A stretch of 64,000 bases of DNA from Octopus vulgaris. Lineage: Eukaryota. Shown here piece by piece: positions 14,641 through 28,335 of the stretch. Location of the stretch: positions 6,758,001-6,822,000 of the forward strand of contig OX597838.1 in the NCBI GenBank assembly GCA_951406725.2. The letters run 5' to 3'. Under the pieces are notes generated by a model that was not told the origin of the DNA, searched no databases, and worked only from the letters and a program-made list of their open reading frames with translations. Position numbers and translations under genes: made by a program. Within the stretch, counting starts at the first letter, position 1; the number at the start of each line of letters is the position of its first letter.

Positions 14641-15177
14641 GGAAAGATGAAAATGGTAAAAAGAATTCGCGGAATTTTTAAAATAGAAAGCGAAGAACTG
14701 GATGATGAGACAATAAACATTTAGAAAAAAAATGAAAATAACAAAAATATGGTAGAAGCATAAAACCGAAAAAAAAAAATAGAAGAAAACGAATAGAGAA
14801 GATTCATATCCAGTAATTTCAACACATTTTCTGTAGAAGATTGCAGACTATGAGACCAGGAAATTATTCCGAAGAATTCTTTAGAAATACTCCAGAACGT
14901 TTTTATAGGAGAGCACTCCATACATTTGGCGTGTCTATTCTTTCTGTTTCTCTGGATTTAGCAAAAATACAATAATGAAAGAGTAATGTAAGATAGTTCG
15001 TGAATATGTAGGTGTGTATGTGTGTGTATGCGGGTGTGTGTCTGTGTCTATATATGTGTGTGTGCTCTTCCGCCTATGTGTGTGGTTTTGTGTGAACGTA
15101 TGCATTTATATATAATAAATTGTATGAGAAGGAGAAAGGAAACGACAAGAATTCCAGCTCATAAACTTCAATACATA

Positions 15178-15179
<2 letters not shown>

Positions 15180-15245
<66 letters not shown>

Positions 15246-15543
15246 TGTAGATGTGTGTGTGAAAGTGTGTGTGCGTGTAATGATACAGCACACATACACA
15301 CATGCACAAACATATATTTATACACATGTTCATACCGTGTAACCTGGTTACCACATATGTGTACAAAACATCATTTCGCACTCCCATATTGTCTTGAGAA
15401 TTTTCAACGATTTGTAGAGTGACAGGTCACAAAAATCATGTATATAGACAGAGATAGAGAGATAAATTGGTTGATAGATAGATAGACAGATAGGTGGATA
15501 GGTAGATAGGTAAATAGGTAGATAGATAAATAAATATATATAG

Positions 15544-15597
<54 letters not shown>

Positions 15598-15772
15598 ATA
15601 ATAAAATAGATAGATAAAATAGATAGGTATATAGATAGATAGAAAAATAAATTGATAGATTAATAAATAGATAGATAAGATAGTTAGATAGATAGATACG
15701 CATCAATATATGCATAGATAGATAGTTAGATAGATATATATATATATATATATATATGCATATATATATATA

Positions 15773-15820
<48 letters not shown>
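15180..15820. repeat. (AT)n/(GT)n/(AGAT)n tracts
   Basis: Direct reading. Confidence 0.9.
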
Positions 15821-15821
<1 letters not shown>

Positions 15822-15856
15822 CGCAGGGGCGGGGTTGTGGCAAGAAGCTTGCTTCC
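15821..15856 (+). mobile_element. Isolated 5' head of SINE family B, broken after AAGAAGCTTGCTTCC
   Basis: GCGCAGGGGCGGGGTTGTGGCAAGAAGCTTGCTTCC aligns with the minus-strand head at 28335-28297 (GAGCAGGAGTGGCTGTGTGGTAAGTAGCTTGCTAACCA). Confidence 0.7.
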
Positions 15857-16150
15857 GCCTCGGTTGTGTCAGGGCTGCTCTTACACTGCAGAAGTCGCCA
15901 CGCTGGTGTACACCTGGCGAAATATTGATTGAAAAAGAAGCTCAGCTCTCATGTAAGACTTTTGCTTCTTGGGATCCAGTGGTTGCTTGTTGTTTGCTGT
16001 ATTATATTTTGTACAAACAAGAAATCCTCATTGGATTCTGGACTCTGGTCTGCCTTCATTTGGGCAAAATTGTTAACTATTAAGTGAATTATTTTGGTGG
16101 GTGGATCTTCTGTTGCCATAAACTGTGGATTGTTTTCTGCTGTTGTGAAG

Positions 16151-16390
16151 ATTATGACCTGCATACGGGATACCGAAATTATGACCTGTATACGGGATAC
16201 CGAATGGCCTCCACAGATAGCTGTGGAGGTCATAACGTTGCCCGCGTTGCAAAGGCTGAAGAAGGCCAATGAGGAATATCGCTTGTGGCCGGGCGGCCCC
16301 GTCACATCACCTGCTTTGTGTTTGAGTGAGGCGTGGGAAATGCATTTATATTGGATAACACCATACAAAATTCTGGTGCATCTAACTTAA
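16151..16390 (+). pseudogene. Relic of a retroelement ORF1 C-terminal domain, homologous to 26372-26660
   Basis: DTEWPPQIAVEVITLPALQRLKKANEEYRLWPG..LSEAW aligns with DPEWPPQVAVEAVAFDVTLGLKELNEDYNLVPG..LREAW; it begins with a 27-bp tandem duplication (16151-16177 and 16178-16204). Confidence 0.8.
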
Positions 16391-16424
16391 GTACCATATT
16401 CCTTTGAATCTAAATTTTGCTGAA

Positions 16425-17710
<1,286 letters not shown>

Positions 17711-18449
17711 AAGTGTACATGGATGTATTAAGATTATATGTATTTCGTTGTTTTTGTTTGTAATTTCTTTTTCTTATATAACTTTTCTTCGTCCTTCTTC
17801 TTTTGTATGGAATAAACAAAAATTGCGTTATATATTGGTCTTTTCTTTCTTTGTCCCCTCTGTGTTCTAATCTTGTTGCTTTCGATTTACAACTCATCCT
17901 TCCGCGTTCATCATTTGACGTTTTATTTTCATAAATCACCCTTACTCTAATCCAATATACGGCTCCTCTTTATATGCTCATGCTCCAGCCATTTATCCCT
18001 CCCTGCTCACACATAATTCCAATCTAATCCCATTATTGTTATCCATACAACCTCTTCATAGATGGCATTTCGTGCGTGTTTCTTCCAATTTAGATGCTGG
18101 CTATGTTGTGAGCTTCAAGGATGCATTAATGTCAGCCAACCAGTTTTGGTTTACCGTCGAGCTATTTCGTTTGGAGGCTTTTAGGGGAGACATCCGGTTA
18201 TTTCTCCTTTCGCAGGTTTTCCTGAAGCTATTAGTGTACACAGAGAGCGCTGAGCTATCAGAAAGTTTAGCGAGCTGAGACACTATATAACGCCATTTCT
18301 TTCGGCTTAACCTTTTGAGATCGATTTCCACCACGGTCTATTTGCCGTTCATCCTGTTGTGGCCGATAAAACAAGTACCAGTTGAGCGCCGAAGTGTTTT
18401 GCGTCCAAATTGGACATACATTCAGTGTATAGATGTTGTTGTCAAGACG

Positions 18450-18716
18450 TTTGGCGTTGTAGTTAGGATATTCAGCTTCCGATCAGAAAGTCGAGAGTTC
18501 GATACCCAGTGCGATACCCAGCAGGCAAAAATGAGCTATGCCAATAATTCAAAGGGCCAGACTTGCCACATTCTATATCACACTGACTCTCTCTGAGATC
18601 TACCTTACTGATACGTGTGTCTATGGAATGATCAACCACTTTGACGTTAATTTCATAAACCAGCTGTTTCGTCAATCGAATCAACTTGTAAACTCGTCGT
18701 CGTAACCGAGAGAGTG
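18450..18716 (+). mobile_element. Degraded SINE family C-like copy
   Basis: GAGTTCGATACCC B-box; TTCAAAGGGCCAG..TTGACGTTAATTTCA..CTCGTCGTCGTAACCGA tail as in 31088-31481. Confidence 0.7.
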
Positions 18717-19886
18717 TCAGCTTTTCATCCATATATGTTGCTCCTGCGTATTAAAAAGGTTTAATCAAAATTGGAAGGTATGCATAAGTTATTGGGTAAA
18801 GCTTTATCTGTTTCGAATACACGATTATGGAATTGTTGGTTTCTAAACATAGGTAGAAGTCCAAAATAAATTGCATTGAATTAATAAACTGATAGTTATC
18901 AGGAATATGACTGAACGACCAATTGTTCCTTAAACCTTTAAAAAATCCATCACCCATCTTTTTCGCAAACTATTTCAAGGAAAGGCTGTGGTTGTTGAGT
19001 CCTCAGGCACCTACAGCTGAAGGCCCTATCAAGGACACGCGTCAGTACACTTACTGCTTGGATTCCCAATTTACCCAAGTAAAACTATGGGTATTTTCCA
19101 TCCATCCATCCCATTTTTTTTATTTACCACCGGTCTCTTGTCGGTTGGCTCGTCTCAAAATATCCAGCATGCTATTGTCATCTGCGACGGAATTCTATTC
19201 ACATGTCTATTGTAACAGTGCTATGACGTCACAATCAGGAGAAGCAGTATCGAAATTAAGAGACTTCAAGCTATTTTGTTAAAAATATAAGCCATTGTTC
19301 GCTATTCCTGTGGCGACCGTGAGCGAAACTTTCTAGGACATCTATTAATTAGGGTCCTGTCAGCAACAGCTGCCATTAGACTGAAAGGTTGCATTCTCAG
19401 ACTTGACTAACGGTGAAGATAGATTTTATCCAATATCTTTATTTTTGGTCTACTCTCATTTCTACTGCCGGTTGGTTCGGTTTTAAGAATCTATCTCGTG
19501 ATCATTTCCTGTGACATTGCAATTGTATGTTCGATGTACCGGAGCTCTGATTTCTCAACGCGTTGAAGTAGCGGTTTAGCCCGAAGGTTTACCACTTTCT
19601 GAGAAAAATCAATCAAATTAACATTAAATTTGAAAAGCCATTATGATTTGTCACCTCAAAATTCTTTAAAAGAAACAGCCACATTTGACAGAGAGGTCGC
19701 AGTTGTTACAGTGTTTCTTAATACAGAACGAAAAGTGAGAATAGTTGATTAGAAAGGAATTATAACTGCTCAGAGAAATATCCAATTACAAAGAACTCAA
19801 TTTTGAAGAAAGAGAACAAATGCAATCTCGATAACCGCCCAATAAAATCAACTTCTATCACACAACAATTAGTGCTGGGACTCCAA

Positions 19887-20009
19887 AGCAAAAGCAAAAA
19901 CATATCTATTACAAAACGTAAAGAATTAGACACTAGCAAGACCTGAGCAAAAGTAAAAACATATCTATTACAATACGTAAAGAATTAGACATAAGCAAGA
20001 CCTGAGCAA
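19887..20009 (+). repeat. 59-bp tandem duplication
   Basis: AGCAAAAG(C/T)AAAAACATATCTATTACAA(A/T)ACGTAAAGAATTAGACA..AGCAAGACCTG occurs twice. Confidence 0.9.
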
Positions 20010-20483
20010 CTGTAATTCGCACGATATTTCTACAAGCTTTCTTCCTCTGTAGGTTTTCAATGATATTGTGTCCAGAGAAAACATCAAGGACGTTAGTTGA
20101 ATGAAAATTGTTGTGTCACATCTCAGGATTATTTCACTGCATGAAGTTAGCATACAACATTTCTATATTTGTGAATTATTTTAAAACGAATTATTATTAT
20201 TTTATTTCCTGCAAAAATTAAACTGCATAAAAATTTCGGTATGCAAGAGTATTTTCAACGAAATGAAACAAAATGTCGATATGCTAAGGGAATTATGCAA
20301 GCTACTTCATCTTAAACAAGTCCCGTATCAACTCTCCTACATTTTCTCACGTCATGTAAGTATTTCTCAAATAATGATATGCATTTAAAGCCAGCTTACC
20401 ATTGTCAGATTTTGGGATCTGTTCAGTTTGGGTTCTCTAAAAGTGATAGTCGATTGTCTTCGTTATTTTTGCCGTCATTTCCC

Positions 20484-20524
<41 letters not shown>

Positions 20525-20789
20525 TAGTAATGCCAGCAGCAGCAGCAGCAACCGCGCAGCATTGCTGTTATTCCCGTGCGTGGCCATCTTAATGCGACAC
20601 GAAAGAAATCTGAAGGTTCCGTTCGTATATGTATATATATGTTATGAATAATGCACAAATACACAAACAAACAGCCATGGACAAAAATATATAGATTTGC
20701 ATATGTGTGTGTGTCTATGTAAATCCAAACGATCGCATACACGCACACAAAGTACTCACACAGACAAAAGCACACACACGCATATATGC

Positions 20790-20865
<76 letters not shown>

Positions 20866-20932
20866 GTACATATATGTAAATATATACATATATGTAAATA
20901 TATATATATATATCTATATATATACATATATG

Positions 20933-20990
<58 letters not shown>

Positions 20991-21084
20991 TGTCTATATA
21001 TATAGACATATATATATATAGATATCTATATATACATATATATATATATGTCTTTATATATATATGTATATATATATATGTATG

Positions 21085-21118
<34 letters not shown>

Positions 21119-21140
21119 TGTATGTATGTACGTATGCCTG
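20790..21140. repeat. (AT)n/(ATGT)n tract
   Basis: Direct reading. Confidence 0.95.
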
Positions 21141-21323
21141 TATCTATGTATGTATTTCAAATCCATATGTGACAGCGCAAATATTACAATTTGAAATGGA
21201 AGTAATCATCAAACTTACGAAATGGTAAAATTCAGAGATTATAACATGCAACGGTTTCTACGGGATTGCATGTCCTATATACAAACGGGAGAAGGTTGTT
21301 TCGAAAATCTTAGAATTCTGAGA

Positions 21324-21402
21324 TGCAAAGACACTGATGATATATCGAAGATATCTACACTGATATGAGCGATGTGGATTCCTGAAACGTTGGTGTTTTG
21401 CA
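21324..21402 (+). ncRNA. Degenerate hammerhead ribozyme-like motif
   Basis: TGCAAAGACA-CTGATGA...ATCTACA/TGTGGAT stem...GAAACGTT-GG-TGTTTTGCA; stem I pairs, but the cleavage junction is imperfect. Confidence 0.5.
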
Positions 21403-21436
21403 GGAAAACCGACGAAGTAATTTTTACGAATAATAT

Positions 21437-21502
<66 letters not shown>

Positions 21503-22189
21503 AAAGAAACATAGAGTCGTTCGGTGATTGGGATACTTTTTATGAAATTACACCCGGACTCGCAGACACACAGACACTGGTACAGACACATACATACGCA
21601 CGCACACACACATATACGCACGCGCGCACACACACAAACACACGCAAACACACACCACACACACATGTATTGTTGATGTCATAATTTATGAACATCCGAG
21701 AGAACGTGAAATAATCGTTTCTCGGATCTATAGAACTCGAAGTCCACATAAATCTATAAATATTAGTATGTATATATGGGGTTGAAAAAGTCCAGGCATC
21801 CTACTTTCCAGGCACCTTGCTAACATTTGAATAACTCGTTCAAAGGAATACGGAAATTGCAAATGAGTGACTGTGACCATATAAACTTCTTCAGAAAGGA
21901 ATATTTAGAATTCAGCAAAAGTAAATGATTTTCCAGACAATGGAGAATTCATTTGCAACAGTGTTTATAAAGTGTGGACGGAAAACAAAATTAGGTGACA
22001 AGGACTGTTTGCCTGAATGTGGTAGTGAATTTAGAATCAAATGCGAAGGAAAGAAAAGAAAGAACTTTGCGCAAAGAATATATACCATACCTAGTGTTTC
22101 ATAGATCCAGAAACACATAGAGGCACATATATAAAGACACACATGCATAAAAAAATATGTATATGAATAAATAAGTATGTAAAGAAATT

Positions 22190-22219
22190 AATACATATAC
22201 ATATTCATACATATACATA

Positions 22220-22263
<44 letters not shown>

Positions 22264-22419
22264 AAGAGAGAGAGAGAGAGACACAGAGAAACAGAGAGAT
22301 AAATATATATATACATAGAAAGAAATGAGATAGAGTGAAAGAGGTAATACAGTGCGAGTGTATTGATTAACGTACAGAATAAATTTTTAATTCCAATGAA
22401 TATACGTCTATCTGTATAT

Positions 22420-22497
<78 letters not shown>

Positions 22498-22630
22498 CTA
22501 TATATATATATGTATATATATATGTATATGTATTTGTGTTTGTGTATGTATATATACATATACACACATATAAATATGCATATATCTATAAATGTATATG
22601 TATATATATGCATATATACATTCATGCGTA
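22190..22630. repeat. (AT)n/(AG)n tracts
   Basis: Direct reading. Confidence 0.9.
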
Positions 22631-23444
22631 CATAGCCATTAAGCATTTAGTCAGTACTCTTGACTATTATCCTGTGTAATTGTGTACGTATAATCGGTAT
22701 TGGTTGTGTTACTATATGCATGTCTCTGAGTTTGTGTGTGTGTTTGTGTGTATGTGTGTGTGTGTGTGCTTTGGTGGTTGTTTTCGTGCGAGCTAATGCA
22801 TTAATGCGGATATAATTTCATAACGATACGTAAAACGATATGAGAAATAAATTATAATATAAAAAAAAAACCTATCAGATACAAACATATAATTTATACT
22901 TATATACGTACCAATATTTACATGTAGACAAAACTACGAACGGAGAACCCGCAACGACACACACACGCACAGACACACACATACACGCACACATGCACAA
23001 AAAACATACGATTACGTACGAATACATGCAGATACATACTCCTCAGTAACCTATAAGCATGACTCCATAATACAAAATATCTCGAGTTAGTCTGCGAGTG
23101 CTAAAAAGTCTTTTCGTTTGTACTTTTATTTTCTAGCATCAAGCTTAATTTTGGTCCAATAGAATTCTTCCAAATTAACTATTCACAAAGACTAATGTAT
23201 ATTTTATGAAAGCAGCGATCACTCTTGTTAATTGTCTTAATAAATGTGGCAGAAAATACGCTGCTTTGCTATTGGGCGAGCTTGAATGTTAATCAAAATT
23301 CCATTATTTACCATTATTTTAATTACGCATTCAAACAATTTTTGAATACGCAGGCATGTAAATAAGTGCATATATATATATACATATACACGCACGTATG
23401 GATTATTTCTCCTGTTTGTATATATACACACACACGCGCACACA

Positions 23445-23935
<491 letters not shown>

Positions 23936-24194
23936 ATATATATGTATATATATATATATATATGTCTTTCAAACTCTTGTTTTGTTGCAGTGGTCACGAA
24001 GATATAGCAACACGTCTGTGAGTGCCACTATGTGAGGAACCATATTGCTGAGTATGTCTTTGCAAATCTCCGCCGTTATTTACCAATGTGGTCTAGGATA
24101 AAATTTAGCTTATCTCCGTGTGTTAAAAGAACACAGAATAATCTCAAACATGGGTAAATTATACAAACTTATTACTTTTAATGTGTTGATTTAT

Positions 24195-24242
<48 letters not shown>

Positions 24243-24407
24243 GCGTGTGTGTCTGTCTTTATGTATCTATATGTATGTATTTATATGTATATATATATGC
24301 CAACATATATATATATATATATATAGATAAATATATGTATGTATAAATATATCTCTATATATATATAATTATATGTTCATATATATATTTACATATATAT
24401 AGATATG

Positions 24408-24452
<45 letters not shown>

Positions 24453-24923
24453 ACATACATATACATTCATATATACACATATTTATATATATATATATAT
24501 ATACCTATATATACATATACCTATATATATATATATTTATGCTATGTATCTGGTCGTTTATGAGTTTCTAGTGTTGAATAACAAGCCAAGTGTTATCGCT
24601 AGACGAAGCAGTATATATTCGTATCCGATTGATGTTATATGTAAACGATTGAAGCTGATTTCACTTTGAAGATTGAATCCATCGAAAGCAACAGTCTGAA
24701 CGCTAAATGGATCTGTCTCATGCAGGATATTCCGATATACATACGATAACGACTAACGTCACTGATTGTTATTCTAGATATACTATCGCTAAATTTAATG
24801 ACGAGTATCTCATACTGGCTTACAAACTTCGATACTTGGAGTTCTTGAAGTGTAGTACCAATGAAAACTGCAGCCATGCGGGCAAAGTAAAAACTTGCAT
24901 CTGCTACCATATATCTCCAGAAA

Positions 24924-25313
24924 GTGGAGGCGCAATGGCCCAGTGGGTAGGGCAGCGGACCCGCGGTCAGAGGATCGCGGTTTCGATTCCCAGACCGGAC
25001 ATTGTGAGTGTTTATTGAGCGAAAACACCTAAAGGTGTAAACACCACGAGGCTCCGGCAGGGGATGGTGGTGAACCCTGCTGTACTCTTTCACCACAACT
25101 TTCTCTCGCTCTTTCTATCTGTTTCTCTTGTACCTGTATTTCAAAGGGCCAGTCTTGTCACACTCTGTGTCACGCTGAATCTCCTCGAGAACTACGTTAA
25201 GGGTACACGTGTCTGTGGAGTGCTCAGCCAGTTGCACGTTAATATCACGAGCAAGCTGTTCTGTTGATCGTATCAGCTGAGACCCTCATCGTCGCAACCG
25301 ACGGAGTGCTCCT
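24924..25313 (+). mobile_element. Full-length tRNA-headed SINE family C with TSD
   Basis: A-box TGGCCCAGTGG, B-box GTTTCGATTCC; TSD TATATCT(C/T)CAGAAA at 24910-24923 and 25314-25327; close match to 31088-31481. Confidence 0.9.
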
Positions 25314-25660
25314 TATATCTTCAGAAATGAGAAAACCAAGGGCGATATGGTATTCAGTCGGAGCTGTTACATGTAATAGATTTAAAGTATGACCAACTCT
25401 ATAGTAGGAGTTGTATGTATAATTTGAAACAGTTTGATGAGTTCTTATGCGAATTAATATTTTGCAGACATCAAAAAAAAGCCCATCACTTACATGTATT
25501 GTATTCCTGTTTTTTATTTTATTCTATTTAACGTTTCGGACGAGGTTTTTCTTCAGAAACCGGAAAGAGGGGAAAGTGCAAGAGAAAATGAAGAGAGAGG
25601 AAAAAATCGCCAAGTGTCCGCGTGTGGTTTATGTACAGCTTGAATATATATATATATATA

Positions 25661-25874
25661 TACTCTTTCAATTTACTTATTTCAGTCATTTGACTGCGGC
25701 CATGCTGGAGCACCGCCTTTAATCGAGCAACTCGACCCCGGGACTTATTCTCCGTAAGCCCAATACTTATTCTACCGGTCTCTTTTTTGCCGAACCGCTA
25801 AGTGACGGGGACGTAAACACACCAGCATCGGTTGTCAAGCAATGCTAGGCGGACAAACACAGACACACAAACAT

Positions 25875-25934
<60 letters not shown>

Positions 25935-26074
25935 GACAGGCTTCTTTCAGTTTCCATCTACCAAATCCACTCACAAGGCATTGGTCGGCCCAGGGCTATA
26001 GCAGAAGACACTTGCCCAAGATGCCACGCAGTGGGACTGAACCCGGAACCATGTGGTTGGTTAGCAAGCTACTT
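25661..26074 (-). mobile_element. SINE family B body and tail (its head is displaced to 28297-28335 by an insertion)
   Basis: Family B tail, internal (AT)n and the GGTTCCGGGTTCAGTCCC region on the minus strand; the sequence resumes after the second TSD copy. Confidence 0.9.
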
Positions 26075-26245
26075 TATTTCAAAACATTTGCCATAAAGGC
26101 AGTACACAGATTAAGTTAGCTTTGCGGGCTGGACGAGGACATTAATGAGGTGAATGATAATGAAAGAAAGATGATAAGGATGGGAGAAGACAGAAAGCGC
26201 CCGCCGACTTTTGCTTCTCTAAAACATTGTTCTTTTTAAAAAAGA

Positions 26246-26372
26246 TTAACACAAAACGAGGTATTAAACCTCTTACAATTTTTCCAATTTTGGGCTTAGC
26301 AGTCCATTATTAATACAAAACGAGGTATTAATCCTCTTACAATTTTTCAATTTTTGGACTTAAGTCCATTAC
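26246..26372. repeat. About 63-bp tandem duplication in the element 3'UTR
   Basis: ACAAAACGAGGTATTAA..CTCTTACAATTTTTC..AGTCCATTA occurs twice. Confidence 0.85.
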
Positions 26373-27612
26373 TAATAATACATATCGTCCTCGAAATAGC
26401 TTGTGCCCGCGCCCTCCACCATCAACCACGCCTCCCTCAGAACGTAGTCAAGTTCCGAGTTCGCGTCGCCCGGGACCAAGTTATAGTCTTCATTGAGCTC
26501 CTTTAGCCCTAGCGTCACGTCGAACGCCACGGCCTCCACAGCTACCTGCGGAGGCCATTCGGGGTCCTGTGTGAAGGCTAAAGGTGCTCCCTTGTAGTGC
26601 TCTTCCATCACTTTTTCAATTTCTCTTCCTCTATAGAAGAGGACCAATACATTCAGTTCTTTCGTTGGCGGCACAGTTTCCGCCAACGGTATTCCTTCTC
26701 TTGTCGGTGGCACAACCCCAACCGACGTAGTTCCGCGACATTCCGGTGCCACACTGACAGCCGGCAACACGTTTTTCTTCCTCTTTTTCTTTTTTTTTCC
26801 CTTTTCAACTGAGGGAGGGTGCGTCTCCTCCGTGGCTGGAAGATTCGCCCTCCTCTCCTCATCCCTATTATCCTTTGGTGAGCACCCATTGTTGCTCACC
26901 TTCCTCTTTCGGCCTCTGCTTGAGGAGTCCTCTGCTTTCTCGGCCGTTATCGTTCCCTCTTCTAGAGGGGTTTTACTTAACTGTTCCGGGATCCTATTTT
27001 GTTCCCGAGGACAGTTCTTCTTTATGTGGCCGGACTCCAAGCACCGATGACACTTAGGGGGCGACCCTCAAGGATCACCGGGTACCTGCACCCGGCCATT
27101 TTCAAAAAATCTGGAAAAACCAGATTGGCTGATTGGGTCCACAGGGTCAAAACTGCTTTCGAGCCAACCCAAGCAGCCGCAGGAAGAACTTTTACATTGA
27201 GGAGCTTAGTTTCGCTGTCACCCAGACCCCGGCGGATAGTCTCCTCTATCCACTCGGGTTCTATGTCGGGTGGCAGTCCGCAGATCCAAGCTTTCATTAA
27301 TTTCTTTTTTTTGTAAGTGGGCAGGAATAAGATTTCCTTACCCTCCAAGGGTTCGCTAGCAAATTTGCAAGCCTCTTCAGGGGTGTCAAACAGCAACCAC
27401 ACCGTTCCATATTTGACACCCCTGGAAATGAATTTAATTGTTGGCAAATACTCCTCCAACTCCTCCTCAATTGCCGTCTTTTCGAATAGGGCGATGGTGT
27501 CAAGTGCCTTGGAGTAGGTTCTCAACACCACCGTCCTATCTTCACGGTCCTTCAACCACTTTTTGGGTGGTATGATTTCCCACTCCAAAACTTTGTTATT
27601 TTTCATTGCCAT
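26372..27612 (-). pseudogene. ORF1/gag-like nucleic-acid-binding protein (about 413 aa if repaired), with one frameshift near 27057-27061
   Basis: ORFs 27022..27612 and 26372..27040 join with one extra C: ..VILEGRPPK-CHRCLESGHIKKNC (CX2CX4HX4C). The N-terminal part is RRM-like, followed by a basic linker (RGRKRK, KKKKKRKK) and a C-terminal WPPQVAVE domain. Confidence 0.85.
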
Positions 27613-28296
27613 GTTTTTTAAAAAATATATTCAAATTAGACTCAAAAGCAGGAAGAAAAAAGTTCAAAAGTCTAAATAAATTTGATAGATTTTTGAAAAA
27701 ACAAAAAGGAGAAAGCACAACAGAAGGGAAGAAATTAACGGAAAGTCGCAATAAAGAAAAAACAAATGGGGGGGGGGGGGGGTAAATGAAGTTCAATAGA
27801 AAGTTAATAAACAGAAAAAACACAGCAAAAATATTCTGCGGTACTCCCGGCCTGGGTTGAACCTGGAACGCCGCAACTGCAACACAACCTCCACAAAAAT
27901 GGGTCCGAAAGGTAATCCAATAGTGGCTTATTTTTATACTTTTCTTGCGAAGTACTCTGACAAGGGAATAAATTCAGCAAACTCAAACACAGCACTGGTT
28001 ACTGCCAACGGTAATTTTAACAGTAACTGTATTGAATCCTGAGTATACGCCCCTCCACTGTTTTTTCTTTTTTTTTTTTTTCAATGAACACAAAAACGGC
28101 AGCCGCCTAGCGCAGGCGAAATTGTCTGAGTTGAACACAACCTACTGAAATAATAATTGGCACGCAATAAATTATGCCCAACTCACAATAAACAAAATCA
28201 CTTACCTCGACAACTTTCCGTTTTTGGTCTTTTTTCTTCAGTTGGACTCACGTCCACTCTAGCTCAACAAGAAGCAACCGACTAACTGCGCATGTC

Positions 28297-28335
28297 TGGT
28301 TAGCAAGCTACTTACCACACAGCCACTCCTGCTCC
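28297..28335 (-). mobile_element. 5' head of the interrupted SINE B
   Basis: Minus strand GGAGCAGGAGTGGCTGTGTGGTAAGTAGCTTGCTAACCA (A-box like). Confidence 0.85.

Larger units (their letters stand above)
26075..28296 (-). mobile_element. ORF1-only (non-autonomous, HAL1-like) L1/Tx1-type retroelement with 17-bp TSD
   Basis: Perfect direct repeat TGGTTAGCAAGCTACTT at 26058-26074 and 28297-28313; about 690 bp 5'UTR, one ORF1-like reading frame, and about 300 bp 3'UTR ending GAAATAAA; no EN/RT. Confidence 0.88.

Noticed and set aside
18040-18300. Possible RTE LINE 3' remnant (minus)
   Set aside because: Too degraded to support beyond a vague resemblance.
19887-20009. Direct repeats considered as a CRISPR-like array
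   Set aside because: A simple two-unit tandem duplication without spacers, in a eukaryotic context.
21775-21960. Possible mariner transposase C-terminal remnant
   Set aside because: No clear TIR pair or catalytic motif.
24924-24995. tRNA gene-like sequences (also at 31088, 12762 and 35493)
   Set aside because: They are SINE heads: they continue into repeat bodies with tails or TSDs and lack a complete acceptor stem.
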